Below the pieces are notes generated by a model. The model did no database searches and was not told where the DNA came from. It was given only the letters and a program-made list of their open reading frames with translations. DNA of 64,000 bases from a virus, in the IMG/VR virus record IMGVR_UViG_3300046777_001606, positions 43,802 to 107,801 of that record. One strand, given 5' to 3'. Positions 1 to 10,454 of the stretch are shown here, piece after piece. Made by a program: the position numbers and the translations under genes. The first letter of the stretch is position 1, and the number at the start of each line of letters is the position of its first letter.

Positions 1-2
1 AA

Positions 3-1556
3 ATGGCTGCAATTATAACTGATCAACTTAGAATATTTAATGCATCGAACTTTGTTTCTGTTGCAAATTCTACCGACACTTCATTATATGCCTTTGTTGG
101 TTTACCAAACCCAATTGATTATAAATCTGATTGGGACTTTAGTCCGCCAGTTCCAAAAGATTCCTTCGAGCAAGAAGATGATTATTGGGACACTATAATT
201 GCATTGAAAAGAATTACTAGCGGTGATATTCGTCAGGTTATTAGAAAAATAACTTGGACCTCTGGAGATACTTATGATATGTATCGCCATGATGTTAGTA
301 GGACTAATACTTCTAAACCTTCTGGAAGTACAAGCTTGTATGGGGCAAATTATTATGTTCTTACTGAAGATTATAGGGTTTATATTTGTATACAAAATGG
401 AACTGATCCAGAAAATCCAGAAGGCAGACCATCTCTTGACGAGCCGACTTTTACGGACTTAGAACCAAAATCGGCAGGTACAAGTAATGATGGATATATT
501 TGGAAATATCTTTTTACTGTAAAACCTGCCGATATTATTAAATACGACTCTGTTGAATTTATTCCTGTTCCATTAAACTGGGAAACAAACACTGAAAATG
601 CAGAAGTAAGAGATAACGCTGCAACTAGTGGTCAAATCAAAATCGCAACTATTACAAATAGAGGTGTTGCCCTCGGAGCTCCAAACCAAACATATACCAA
701 TGTTCCAATTAAAGGAGATGGTACTGGAGCAGAATGCACTATCGTTGTAAATAATGATTCAAAAGTAGATTCAATTACCATTTCCAATGGTGGTTCTGGA
801 TATACTCATGGTAGAATTGATTTAGTTGCTGGAGGAGTTCCAACAGGATCTACAACTCCAACTTTTGATGTTATTATTCCACCAAGAGGTGGTCATGGAG
901 CTAACATTTATAGGGAACTTGGTGCTTATTATGTTTCGTTATATGCAAGAATTGAAAATGATAATCAAAATCCAGATTTTATAACAGGAAACCAGGTTGC
1001 TAGAATTGGTATCATTGAAAACCCATTAGCGTATTCTTCAGAAAGTGTGCTTTCTATTGAAAAGGCGAGTAATGTTTATGCTCTGAAATTGATCGGGGCA
1101 GGATATAGTTCCGCAATATTTCTTCCAGATGCAAGAATTACTCAAACAATTGGTGTTGGATCTACTGCTGTTGGAAGAGTTGTTTCTTATGACGAAAACA
1201 CTGGAGTATTGAAATACTGGCAAGATAAAAGTCTTGTTGGATTTAATTCTGATGGATCACAAAAACAATCGCCTCCATACGGATTAAATATAAATCGTTT
1301 TACTGCAGAGCCAGATGTTGGGGGATCCGTAAATGTTCTTGGTGGAAATATAACTTTGGGTATTGATACTTCTTATACTGGTATATCTACAGTAATAAAT
1401 AATAGAACATACTACCTTGGTCAGTCATTTACAAGAGGAGTTTCTAATCCAGAAGTTAAAAAATACTCTGGAAATATAATTTACGTGGATAATAGACCTG
1501 CCATTACTAGGTCTGCAAATCAAAAAGAAGATATTAAAGTTATTTTGCAGTTCTAA
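3..1556 (+). CDS. gp8: Baseplate wedge subunit (T4 gp8-like)
   Basis: Motifs RKITWTSGDTYDMYRHD, YRVYICIQNG, DGYIWKYLF and C-terminal NQKEDIKVILQF; lies upstream of the VrlC-like gene as in cyanomyoviruses. Confidence 0.9.
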   Translation: MAAIITDQLRIFNASNFVSVANSTDTSLYAFVGLPNPIDYKSDWDFSPPVPKDSFEQEDDYWDTIIALKRITSGDIRQVIRKITWTSGDTYDMYRHDVSRTNTSKPSGSTSLYGANYYVLTEDYRVYICIQNGTDPENPEGRPSLDEPTFTDLEPKSAGTSNDGYIWKYLFTVKPADIIKYDSVEFIPVPLNWETNTENAEVRDNAATSGQIKIATITNRGVALGAPNQTYTNVPIKGDGTGAECTIVVNNDSKVDSITISNGGSGYTHGRIDLVAGGVPTGSTTPTFDVIIPPRGGHGANIYRELGAYYVSLYARIENDNQNPDFITGNQVARIGIIENPLAYSSESVLSIEKASNVYALKLIGAGYSSAIFLPDARITQTIGVGSTAVGRVVSYDENTGVLKYWQDKSLVGFNSDGSQKQSPPYGLNINRFTAEPDVGGSVNVLGGNITLGIDTSYTGISTVINNRTYYLGQSFTRGVSNPEVKKYSGNIIYVDNRPAITRSANQKEDIKVILQF

Positions 1557-1562
1557 AGAATC

Positions 1563-4500
1563 ATGCCCCAAAAAACAAACCTCAATGTTTCTCCATATTT
1601 TGATGATTTTGATCCGAGAGATAATTACTATAAAGTCCTTTTTAAGCCAGGATATCCTGTTCAGGCTAGAGAATTAACAACGTTACAATCAATTCTTCTC
1701 AACCAATCAGAATCCTTTGGTAAGCATATATTTAAGGAAGGATCTGTAGTAATTCCTGGACAAGTAAGATACGACAATCCAATATACGCAGTTGAAATTG
1801 AATCAGAATTTAATGGAATTCCTATTTCATTATATTTTGATGAGATGCTCAACAAAACTGTTATTGGGGCAGATAGTGGAGTTAAAGCAACTATTTTTTA
1901 TTTACTAAAGAATACCGAATCTGAAAGAGGAAATTATACAATTTATGTAAAATATATTTCTGCAGGTGGGACAGACTTTACTAATAAAAAGTTCTTTGAT
2001 AATGAAAATTTAATCTTAGATACTGATTTAACTTATAGTGGGATTACAATTCCAAGTGGACAAGAATTTGTAAAAACAATCCAAACAAATGCTACCTCCG
2101 AAGGATCTTCTGCAACTGTAGCAGATGGTGTATATTTTATCAGAGGTATTTTCGCAAACGTCAATACTCAAACTATTCTTTTAGATCAGTACGGAACTTC
2201 ACCTTCATATAGAGTTGGATTTACTGTTGTTGAGTCCATAGTTACTTCAGATGATGATCCAGATTTATATGATAATGCACAAGGATTTTCAAATTTCTCT
2301 GCTCCTGGAGCAGATAGATTTAAATTAGACTTAATTTTCTCTAAAAAAGAAATCACAGATACTGATACAGATTCTTTTGTTGAAATATTAAGAGTAACAA
2401 ACGGAGTACCTGAGTATTTAAATTTAAACCCACAATATAATATTCTCAGAGAAGAAATTGCAAGAAGAGTTTATGATCAATCTGGTGATTTCTTTGTAAA
2501 ACCATTTACTCTTTATTTAAGAGACAGTTTAAATAATAGAACAACAACAGATGGTCTTTATTATGATGATCAGATTACGATCAATGGTAATAAACCATCT
2601 GACAATTTAATGATTTATGAAATTGGTCCAGGAAAAGCATACGTTAATGGATTTGATATTGAAACCAGATCAAAAAGATTTTTAGACGTAGAAAAACCAA
2701 GAACAACAAATACAATACAAGCAAATAATGTAACATATAATGCAGGGTTACTTTTCCCTGTAAATAATGGATATGGAGCTCCTCCCATAGGATTGGGAAC
2801 AGATGTAACATTAAGTTTGATGAATTCTAGAAAGAATTCTGATCCATCTGTTGCGGCAGGAACTACTATCGGATTAGCTCGTATATATGATTTTGTTCCC
2901 GAATCAAATTATGAAAATGCATCTAGTAGATTATCATTGAGATTATTTGATGTTCAAACTTACACTGTGATTGGTCTAACAACATCTATAACTCAATCAA
3001 CTCCAGCTGTTATAAAAGGTTCCAGAAGTAAAGCAACTGGATATTTGAGATCCAGCGTTACTGGTTCAAGTTCTTTAACTCTATATGACGTATCTGGATC
3101 ATTTATAGAAAATGAAGCGATTTCTATAAATGGCATTTCAAATGGAAGATTAATTAAAACAGTAACTGATTATGATATCTCAGATGTAAGATCTGTATAC
3201 GGAAAAGTTGGAACAACTACTTTTACTGCAGATACTATCTTAGAAAATAAGCAACTAATAGCTCCTGCAGGATCGACATTTCAAATTACCGCAAGATTTA
3301 GTGGTATAAGCACGGTATCCTGTGGATTAAACACCACTTTTATTAATAGTGTAAAAGTAAATGATATTATCACATATTCAAGTCCAAATCCAACTTCAGT
3401 ACCAATTTATAATAGAGTAGCAAGTATTGGTGCTGGCGGTACATTTTTTACAATTGCTGGTCTCACCACCGTATCTGGTATTTGTGATGGAACTTTACCA
3501 GCATCTTCGGTTACAGTTTCAAATATTACAAAACTTTATGGTTCTGTTTATAATCAATCAGATGCCTCTTTATTAACTTTACTCCCACAATCAGTAATTT
3601 CTAATATTTCTTTAGAAAATAATATTTTACGCCAAAGAATTGACTTCAAAACGGTAACTATTACTGCATCTTCACTAACTATTCAAATTACTGAACCAGA
3701 TTTATATTTCGAGTCATTTGATGAAGATAGATTTGTTATTAGTTATAGTGATGGAACTATTGAACCATTAAGAAGAGATAAGTATAGTTTAGATGTCACA
3801 GGAAAAATACTAACCTTCAATGGGTTATCTAAAACAACAGGAACAGCAAACGTAATTGCAACGGTTAAGAATTTAAAACCTAACTCCAAAAATAAAAAGT
3901 TCAATAAAGTTTCAACATTAGTCATTGATAGATCAAGATTAACATCGTCCGGTATTGGATCAACAACATTAAACGATGGATTAACCTATAGTCAAGTCTA
4001 TGGTACTAGAGTACAAGATGAAGATATTTGTCTTAACGTTCCCGATGTTGTAAGAGTTTTAGCTGTATATGAATCGGATTCCACATCAGATCCATCAATT
4101 CCAAAATTAGAATTATCTTCATTTACAGGTCAAACAAACTCTACAGCAGATTTTAACTTAGGTGAAGAACTTTTAGGAAAAACTAGTGGATCTGTTGCTT
4201 TAGTTGTTAATAAAGTTAATGCAACTAATATAGAAGTTGTGTATTTAAATGCATTTGAATTTGTTGAGGGTGAAGAAATAGTTTCGAAAGAAACTGCTGT
4301 AACTGCAAAAATAACAACGAAATATACAGTAAGTAAAAATATAACACAAAATTATAATTTCGATAACGGGCAAAGAGCTACATTATATGATTATGGTAGA
4401 ATTATTAGAAAAACTAATGTTGCTGCACCAACTAAAAAGATAGAAATAATATTCCAATACTATAGTATTGATAGCAATGATACTGGCGAATTTATAACTG

Positions 4501-7500
4501 TAAACAGTTATCCAGAAAGTTCATATAATATGGATATTCCATATTATGAAAACAATAGAGTAACTGATTATATTGATATAAGACCAAGAGTAGATGTTTA
4601 TAATCCATCAACAGCAACATTGTCTCCATTTGAATTTTCAACAAGAAGATTTGACGGAGCAGGAACATATTCAAAATATATTCTTGCACCTGATGAGAAT
4701 TTAAGTCTCAGTTATTCTTATTACCTGGGAAGAATTGATAGGTTGCTTTTGAATCCAGATGGAACATTTGAAGTTGCACAGGGAATTCCTGCAGATGATC
4801 CAATTCCACCACTATTAAAGGCAAATACATTAGATATTGCGAAGATTAATATTCCACCATACTTGTTTAATATTAAAAACGCACAAGTAGACATGTCTGT
4901 ACATAAGAGATACAGAATGTCTGATATTTCAATTCTTGAAGATAGAATTAGAAGAGTAGAAGAATATACGACGCTTTCTATGTTAGAAAGCAAAACAGAG
5001 AATTTAAAAATTAAAGATGCAGCTACGGGATTAGATAGATTTAAGTCAGGATTTTTTGTTGATAATTTTAGCACTCACGATTATCTCGATTTGAAAAATA
5101 TCTTATTTAGATCTTCTATTGATAAGAGTACAAATACTTTAAGACCAACAAATTATACATCTTCTTTAGATTTACAACTTGGATCAGAAGCTATTCTTGG
5201 AGTAACGACTTCATTTTCGTCAACAGCTGATCATGGATTTGTTTCAGACTTGGGTTCAATTGGAGTCAAAAAAACAGGAGATCTTGTAACTCTAGCATAT
5301 ACTGAAAAATTATATTTCCAACAAATATATGCAACAAGAACCGAAAATGTTACGCCTTTCTTAGTCAAATATTGGACCGGAGCCATTACATTAAATCCAC
5401 CAATGGATAACTGGGTAGATGAAGCTGCAGTTAGATCGACTAGTTTTAGAGAAGTAACAGAAATTACTCCACTTCCAGACATTAATATAACAAATGTAAA
5501 CAACATCACAGAAAATAGAGATGTATTTATCGATAATACTAATTTAACAGTTAATCCATCAGCGTCTTTTGATTGGATTGGAAATGCTAACACCTTAATT
5601 CAACAAAGGGTAGGAAGCGGTAGAGTCTCAATTAATACGAGTGCAAGCAATATTCGCTTAGAAATTAGAGGGCGTATTAATGGAGCAGAAGCAGAATTTG
5701 TACGTAGAGTTCTTCCACCAGATGCCGCTAGAGATTTTATTAATAGATCTAGTAGCAATGGTATTGCATTTATCAATTTTAATCCAAGAAGAGGTCAATT
5801 TACAAATATTAGAGAAACAACAAATGTATCTACATCTGTAAATACAACCTCAAATACTGTTACTACGGTTATTCCACCGGTTGTAACAACAAATGATGTC
5901 ATTACGGAATCAGTATCGCATTATACTCAAATAATAAGATTTTTAAGAAGTAGAAATATTGAATTTGATGTTAAAGGATTAAAACAAAGAACGATTTTTT
6001 ATCCATTCTTTGATTCAATAGACATATCAAGATATATCACACCAAAACTTCTAGAGATAAGAATGGTATCTGGTAAATTTGTTGCTGGAGAAACAGTAGA
6101 AAGTGATCCATTATTCACAAGAAGAAAAGCCAGATTTAGATTGTGTAGTCCAAATCATGAATATGGTCCATCGACAAATCCAACAAGTACTTTTGCATTA
6201 AATCCTTATGATCAACAGGTTTTCCCATCAAATTATACTGAGTCTTCAACTGTACTTAATGTAGATACCCACTCATTACAACTTCCATCAGAAACCGAAT
6301 TCTATGGATGTGTTGATGTTAATATGCCTTTGATAGGACAATCATCTGGAGCAAGAGCTGTTGTAACAAGAGTAAGACTACTTTCATCAAATAATGGAAG
6401 ATTAGTCGGATCATTCTTTGTTCCTGATCCAAATTCTCCAGGTAATCCACAATTTATTAATGGGACAAATACATTTACATTAATTGACACTCCGACACTA
6501 AATCCTGCTGCTACTGCAGCTGGAACAGAAGTTGTTTCCTCTGAAAGTAGTGCTGAAGAAGACTTTACTTCTAGTGGACAACTTAATATAACTGAAACTA
6601 ATGTATTAACTACAAGAAATATTAGAATTACTCCAGCTAGAAATGTTAACACAACAACGATAACAAACACTACAACAAACACTACAACAAGAACTAGAGC
6701 TGGAACACAAATATCTCCAGTATGGGAGGTTTGGGACCCGCTCGCACAATCATTCTATGTTCCCGATGAAAGTGGAATATTCTTAACTTCTGTAGAGGTT
6801 TTCTTTGAAACTAAGGATAATAATGGAATCCCCGTAACATTACAAATTAGACCAATGGTTAATGGTCTTCCAAGTGATATGGTTGTTCCATTTTCTGAAG
6901 TAACCCTGACTCCAGATCAAATAAGACTTTCTGGAAATGGAACTGTAGCTACTAAATTTACTTTCCCAAGTCCGGTATACTTATCGGGACCTCAACAACA
7001 GGAGATAAGACAAGCTCCTATTGGTAGTCAACAATCTTCCCAATTCTGTGTAGTTTTATTATCTCTTAGTGCAGAATATAGAGTCTTTATTGCTAGACTT
7101 ACAGAAAATGATATTATTAGTGGTGTTAAGATAACTAAACAACCAACTCTTGGAAGTCTGTTTAAATCGCAAAATGGATCTACGTGGTCTCCAAGTCAAC
7201 TAGAAGATTTGAAATATAATTTATACAGAGCAGAATTTGTAAATGAAGGTCTCCTCAGATTCTATAATCCAAAATTATCTGCTAAAAATAAAAAAGTTAC
7301 TGTTTTACCAGCAAATGGTGTTGTTCCATTATCCAAAAAAATTATTGTTGGATTAGGATCCACTGGATATAGTGCAACAAATATAGTTCCAGGAGTAACT
7401 TTGATTCAGGGATCTGCAACGGGAACTTTAACTGCTATTGGCGGAAGTATTACCGCAGGAACAGGAGTAACAGTTACAAATCCAGGGACTGGATATACAA

Positions 7501-9206
7501 ATGGAACTTTTACAGGTGTTACTTTAACTACAGAAACTGGTTTTGGAAAAGATGCAACAGCAGATATTGTTGTATCTTCGAATCAAATTTCTAGTGTTAC
7601 TATCATTAATGGTGGTTCTGGATATGCAATTGGAGATTCATTACTTGTTCCAGATATAGGACAAAATGTTGGTTTTGGTGGAAGAGTTGTTGTTACAGCA
7701 ATTACATCCAACAATTCATTTGTAATATCAGACGTTCAAGGCAAATTTACTTCTGGAGTATCAACTACACTCAGCTACATTACTTCAACTGGAGTTACAA
7801 CATCGATTGGCGCTGGAGTTACTATTAGTAGTATAGTAGAAGATCAATATAATGATGGTCTTCATATGAAGGTTTATCAACCAAATCATGCAATGCATTC
7901 TACTCAAAATTATGTAACTATTAGTAAAGTTAGACCATCAAGTGATGCAACAAGAACAACATTAACATCTACATTAAGTGCTTCAGAGCTTACAACAATT
8001 AATGTTGCATCTTCTTCAGGATTTGGTACTTTTGAAGGCAAACCAATTAGTGGATCAAATATTGGTTATGCAATAATTGGTGAAGAAATTATATCATACG
8101 TTACAGTTTCTACTGGAGTAATTTCTATTCTTGCGCGAGGAATTGACGGAACCAAGTCAATTTCATATCCTTCAGGAACTCCAGTAAGAAAATATGAATT
8201 TAATGGCGTATCACTAAGAAGAATTAATAAAAATCATACTTTAGCATTAGTAGATAATCTTACAAAACATCCAATTGATGTTAATAGTTATTTTATTAAG
8301 ATTGATATGACTTCTTCTGGTGCAGATAGATCAAATGATTTATATTTCAAATCTACAGAATCTATGGGTAATCCGGGTATTAATTTATCCCAAAATCTTC
8401 AGTTCGAAGCACTGACTCCAAATATTAAGCATATTGTTGCTCCAGGAACGAATATAACCGCACGAGTTAGAACATTTTCTGGAACAAGTGTTAGTGGAGA
8501 TGAAGTTTCGTTTGTAGATCAAGGATTTGAAAATATTTCTCTAACGAATGCAAATTACTTTAAAACTCCAAGAATCGTTTGTTCTGCAATAAATGAGTCT
8601 ACATTTATCAATGAAGCTCCTGGAAATAGATCTTTAACTTTAGAAACACTATTAACATCAAATGATTCTAGAGTATCTCCAGTTATTGATCTTATGGGAG
8701 CTTCGGTAATTCTAACCACTAACATTTTAAATGCTCCTGTCTCAGATTGGGCTAATGACGAGCGAGTTAGAGATCCTCTGTCTGATCCACATGCTGCTAT
8801 TTACATTTCCAAAACAGTAAAACTGTCGATTCCAGCAAATTCCCTAAAAGTCATGTTGGCGGCAAAGCGAAGATCGCATAATGATGTAAGAGTTTATTAT
8901 CAGCTCGTTAGAGATGATAGTGCAGATACCGCATCTAATTGGGAACCATTCCCTGGATATTCAAACTTTAGGGTTGATGGAATTGGAATCAAGAGAGTTA
9001 TTGATGCATCCAAAAATGATGGATCTGCAGATGTGAGGGTTTCTATTGATGATAATTCAGCAACTCAAGATTTTGAATATACTGTCGATGATCTTCCACC
9101 ATTCACAGGATTTGCAATTAAAATTATTTTATCAGGTACTAATCAAGCTGAACCCCCTATTATTTCCGATTTAAGAGCAATCGCAACGGTAAAACCAAAT
9201 TCGTAA
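1563..9206 (+). CDS. Large VrlC-like (DUF4815-type) baseplate/structural protein
   Basis: 2547 aa; N-terminal NLNVSPYFDDFD..YYKVLFKPGYPVQARELTTLQSIL, APGADRFK, GLDRFKSGFFVDNF, DPLAQSF and C-terminal DLRAIA motifs. Confidence 0.85.
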   Translation: MPQKTNLNVSPYFDDFDPRDNYYKVLFKPGYPVQARELTTLQSILLNQSESFGKHIFKEGSVVIPGQVRYDNPIYAVEIESEFNGIPISLYFDEMLNKTVIGADSGVKATIFYLLKNTESERGNYTIYVKYISAGGTDFTNKKFFDNENLILDTDLTYSGITIPSGQEFVKTIQTNATSEGSSATVADGVYFIRGIFANVNTQTILLDQYGTSPSYRVGFTVVESIVTSDDDPDLYDNAQGFSNFSAPGADRFKLDLIFSKKEITDTDTDSFVEILRVTNGVPEYLNLNPQYNILREEIARRVYDQSGDFFVKPFTLYLRDSLNNRTTTDGLYYDDQITINGNKPSDNLMIYEIGPGKAYVNGFDIETRSKRFLDVEKPRTTNTIQANNVTYNAGLLFPVNNGYGAPPIGLGTDVTLSLMNSRKNSDPSVAAGTTIGLARIYDFVPESNYENASSRLSLRLFDVQTYTVIGLTTSITQSTPAVIKGSRSKATGYLRSSVTGSSSLTLYDVSGSFIENEAISINGISNGRLIKTVTDYDISDVRSVYGKVGTTTFTADTILENKQLIAPAGSTFQITARFSGISTVSCGLNTTFINSVKVNDIITYSSPNPTSVPIYNRVASIGAGGTFFTIAGLTTVSGICDGTLPASSVTVSNITKLYGSVYNQSDASLLTLLPQSVISNISLENNILRQRIDFKTVTITASSLTIQITEPDLYFESFDEDRFVISYSDGTIEPLRRDKYSLDVTGKILTFNGLSKTTGTANVIATVKNLKPNSKNKKFNKVSTLVIDRSRLTSSGIGSTTLNDGLTYSQVYGTRVQDEDICLNVPDVVRVLAVYESDSTSDPSIPKLELSSFTGQTNSTADFNLGEELLGKTSGSVALVVNKVNATNIEVVYLNAFEFVEGEEIVSKETAVTAKITTKYTVSKNITQNYNFDNGQRATLYDYGRIIRKTNVAAPTKKIEIIFQYYSIDSNDTGEFITVNSYPESSYNMDIPYYENNRVTDYIDIRPRVDVYNPSTATLSPFEFSTRRFDGAGTYSKYILAPDENLSLSYSYYLGRIDRLLLNPDGTFEVAQGIPADDPIPPLLKANTLDIAKINIPPYLFNIKNAQVDMSVHKRYRMSDISILEDRIRRVEEYTTLSMLESKTENLKIKDAATGLDRFKSGFFVDNFSTHDYLDLKNILFRSSIDKSTNTLRPTNYTSSLDLQLGSEAILGVTTSFSSTADHGFVSDLGSIGVKKTGDLVTLAYTEKLYFQQIYATRTENVTPFLVKYWTGAITLNPPMDNWVDEAAVRSTSFREVTEITPLPDINITNVNNITENRDVFIDNTNLTVNPSASFDWIGNANTLIQQRVGSGRVSINTSASNIRLEIRGRINGAEAEFVRRVLPPDAARDFINRSSSNGIAFINFNPRRGQFTNIRETTNVSTSVNTTSNTVTTVIPPVVTTNDVITESVSHYTQIIRFLRSRNIEFDVKGLKQRTIFYPFFDSIDISRYITPKLLEIRMVSGKFVAGETVESDPLFTRRKARFRLCSPNHEYGPSTNPTSTFALNPYDQQVFPSNYTESSTVLNVDTHSLQLPSETEFYGCVDVNMPLIGQSSGARAVVTRVRLLSSNNGRLVGSFFVPDPNSPGNPQFINGTNTFTLIDTPTLNPAATAAGTEVVSSESSAEEDFTSSGQLNITETNVLTTRNIRITPARNVNTTTITNTTTNTTTRTRAGTQISPVWEVWDPLAQSFYVPDESGIFLTSVEVFFETKDNNGIPVTLQIRPMVNGLPSDMVVPFSEVTLTPDQIRLSGNGTVATKFTFPSPVYLSGPQQQEIRQAPIGSQQSSQFCVVLLSLSAEYRVFIARLTENDIISGVKITKQPTLGSLFKSQNGSTWSPSQLEDLKYNLYRAEFVNEGLLRFYNPKLSAKNKKVTVLPANGVVPLSKKIIVGLGSTGYSATNIVPGVTLIQGSATGTLTAIGGSITAGTGVTVTNPGTGYTNGTFTGVTLTTETGFGKDATADIVVSSNQISSVTIINGGSGYAIGDSLLVPDIGQNVGFGGRVVVTAITSNNSFVISDVQGKFTSGVSTTLSYITSTGVTTSIGAGVTISSIVEDQYNDGLHMKVYQPNHAMHSTQNYVTISKVRPSSDATRTTLTSTLSASELTTINVASSSGFGTFEGKPISGSNIGYAIIGEEIISYVTVSTGVISILARGIDGTKSISYPSGTPVRKYEFNGVSLRRINKNHTLALVDNLTKHPIDVNSYFIKIDMTSSGADRSNDLYFKSTESMGNPGINLSQNLQFEALTPNIKHIVAPGTNITARVRTFSGTSVSGDEVSFVDQGFENISLTNANYFKTPRIVCSAINESTFINEAPGNRSLTLETLLTSNDSRVSPVIDLMGASVILTTNILNAPVSDWANDERVRDPLSDPHAAIYISKTVKLSIPANSLKVMLAAKRRSHNDVRVYYQLVRDDSADTASNWEPFPGYSNFRVDGIGIKRVIDASKNDGSADVRVSIDDNSATQDFEYTVDDLPPFTGFAIKIILSGTNQAEPPIISDLRAIATVKPNS

Positions 9207-9207
9207 C

Positions 9208-9429
9208 ATGGACAATTATATAAAAGTAAAAGATAGAGAAAAACTAGCAAGAGATAGAGAATCAAATGCAATAGTTAATCTTGATTATGATGATTACGCT
9301 GCTTATGTTGAAAACTACAATAGAGTTCTTTCTGAGAAACAACGAATACAAAATTTAGAATCAAATGTTGCTAATATGCAAAATGATCTAAATGAAATAA
9401 AAGATCTTTTGAGGAGATTAACAAAATGA
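9208..9429 (+). CDS. Small conserved coiled-coil hypothetical protein
   Basis: 73 aa; LARDRESNAIVN motif plus C-terminal heptad helix; between VrlC-like and gp13. Confidence 0.7.
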   Translation: MDNYIKVKDREKLARDRESNAIVNLDYDDYAAYVENYNRVLSEKQRIQNLESNVANMQNDLNEIKDLLRRLTK

Positions 9430-9590
9430 ACCCAGATGATATAACTTTGGATAATATGACTAAATTATTTGAATATGAAAAAATTTCTAGAGAGATAGAT
9501 AGTATAGATGATATTGAAAAATTAAAAATAGTGACCAAATCATATGTTAAATTATTTTTTAAGCATCAAGAAGTAGTTGCTAACCTGTAG
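9426..9590 (+). CDS. NblA-like small helical protein (putative phycobilisome degradation adaptor)
   Basis: Not in ORF track; 54 aa MNPDDITLDNMTKLFEYEKISREIDSIDDIEKLKIVTKSYVKLFFKHQEVVANL; ATGA overlap with upstream stop; size and helix-loop-helix pattern resemble NblA. The ORF is well supported, the function less so. Confidence 0.55.
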   Translation: MNPDDITLDNMTKLFEYEKISREIDSIDDIEKLKIVTKSYVKLFFKHQEVVANL

Positions 9591-9595
9591 AGAAA

Positions 9596-10450
9596 ATGGC
9601 TCAACCATCCACAAGACAAGAATTAATTGATTATTGCAAAAGAAAACTGGGTTATCCAGTTTTAGAAATCAACGTTGCAGATGAGCAAATTGATGATTTA
9701 GTGGATGATGCTATACAATTTTTTCAGGAAAGGCATTTTGATGGCGTTTATCAAACATATTTTAAATATAAAATAACTCAAAATGATATTGATAGGGGGA
9801 GATCACCAGGTCCAAAAGGAGCAGAATCTCAAGTAGGAATAGCAACTACATCAGCAACTGCAAATATTGTTGGCACTGCGACAACATTTACTTACTATGA
9901 ATCTAGTAATTATTTGCAAGTTCCTCCGAATGTTATTGGTGTAAATAAAATATTCCATTTTGATGGAACAAATTCCATTACACATAACATGTTTAGCGTT
10001 AAATATCAATTATTTTTAAATGATATTTATTATTGGGGAACGACTGAGTTATTAAGTTATGCGATGGTTAAAACATATCTTGAGGATATTGATTGGCTTC
10101 TAACCACCCAAAAACAAATACGTTTTAATAAAAGACAGGATAGATTGTACTTAGATATTGACTGGGGTAGTGTATCTAAGGATAATTATTTTGTAATTGA
10201 TTGCTATTCAACATTGGATCCAAACGATTATTCTAGAGTTTGGAATGATTCATTTTTAAAACCATATCTAACAGCATTGATTAAGCGCCAATGGGGGCAA
10301 AACTTGATTAAATTCCAGGGAGTAAAACTACCTGGTGGCGTAGAATTAAATGGAAGACAACTTTATGATGATGGGCAAAGAGAATTGGATATGATTTTAG
10401 AAAAGATGTCTTCGACATACGAATTACCACCATTAGATATGATCGGATAA
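9596..10450 (+). CDS. gp13: Neck protein gp13
   Basis: RQELIDYCKRKLGYPVLEINV, IKRQWGQNLIKFQGVKLPGGVELNG, ELPPLDMIG. Confidence 0.93.
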   Translation: MAQPSTRQELIDYCKRKLGYPVLEINVADEQIDDLVDDAIQFFQERHFDGVYQTYFKYKITQNDIDRGRSPGPKGAESQVGIATTSATANIVGTATTFTYYESSNYLQVPPNVIGVNKIFHFDGTNSITHNMFSVKYQLFLNDIYYWGTTELLSYAMVKTYLEDIDWLLTTQKQIRFNKRQDRLYLDIDWGSVSKDNYFVIDCYSTLDPNDYSRVWNDSFLKPYLTALIKRQWGQNLIKFQGVKLPGGVELNGRQLYDDGQRELDMILEKMSSTYELPPLDMIG

Positions 10451-10454
10451 TAAA

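Noticed and set aside
1563-9206. VrlC as a virulence factor
   Set aside because: The name is historical. Position and motifs indicate a virion structural protein.
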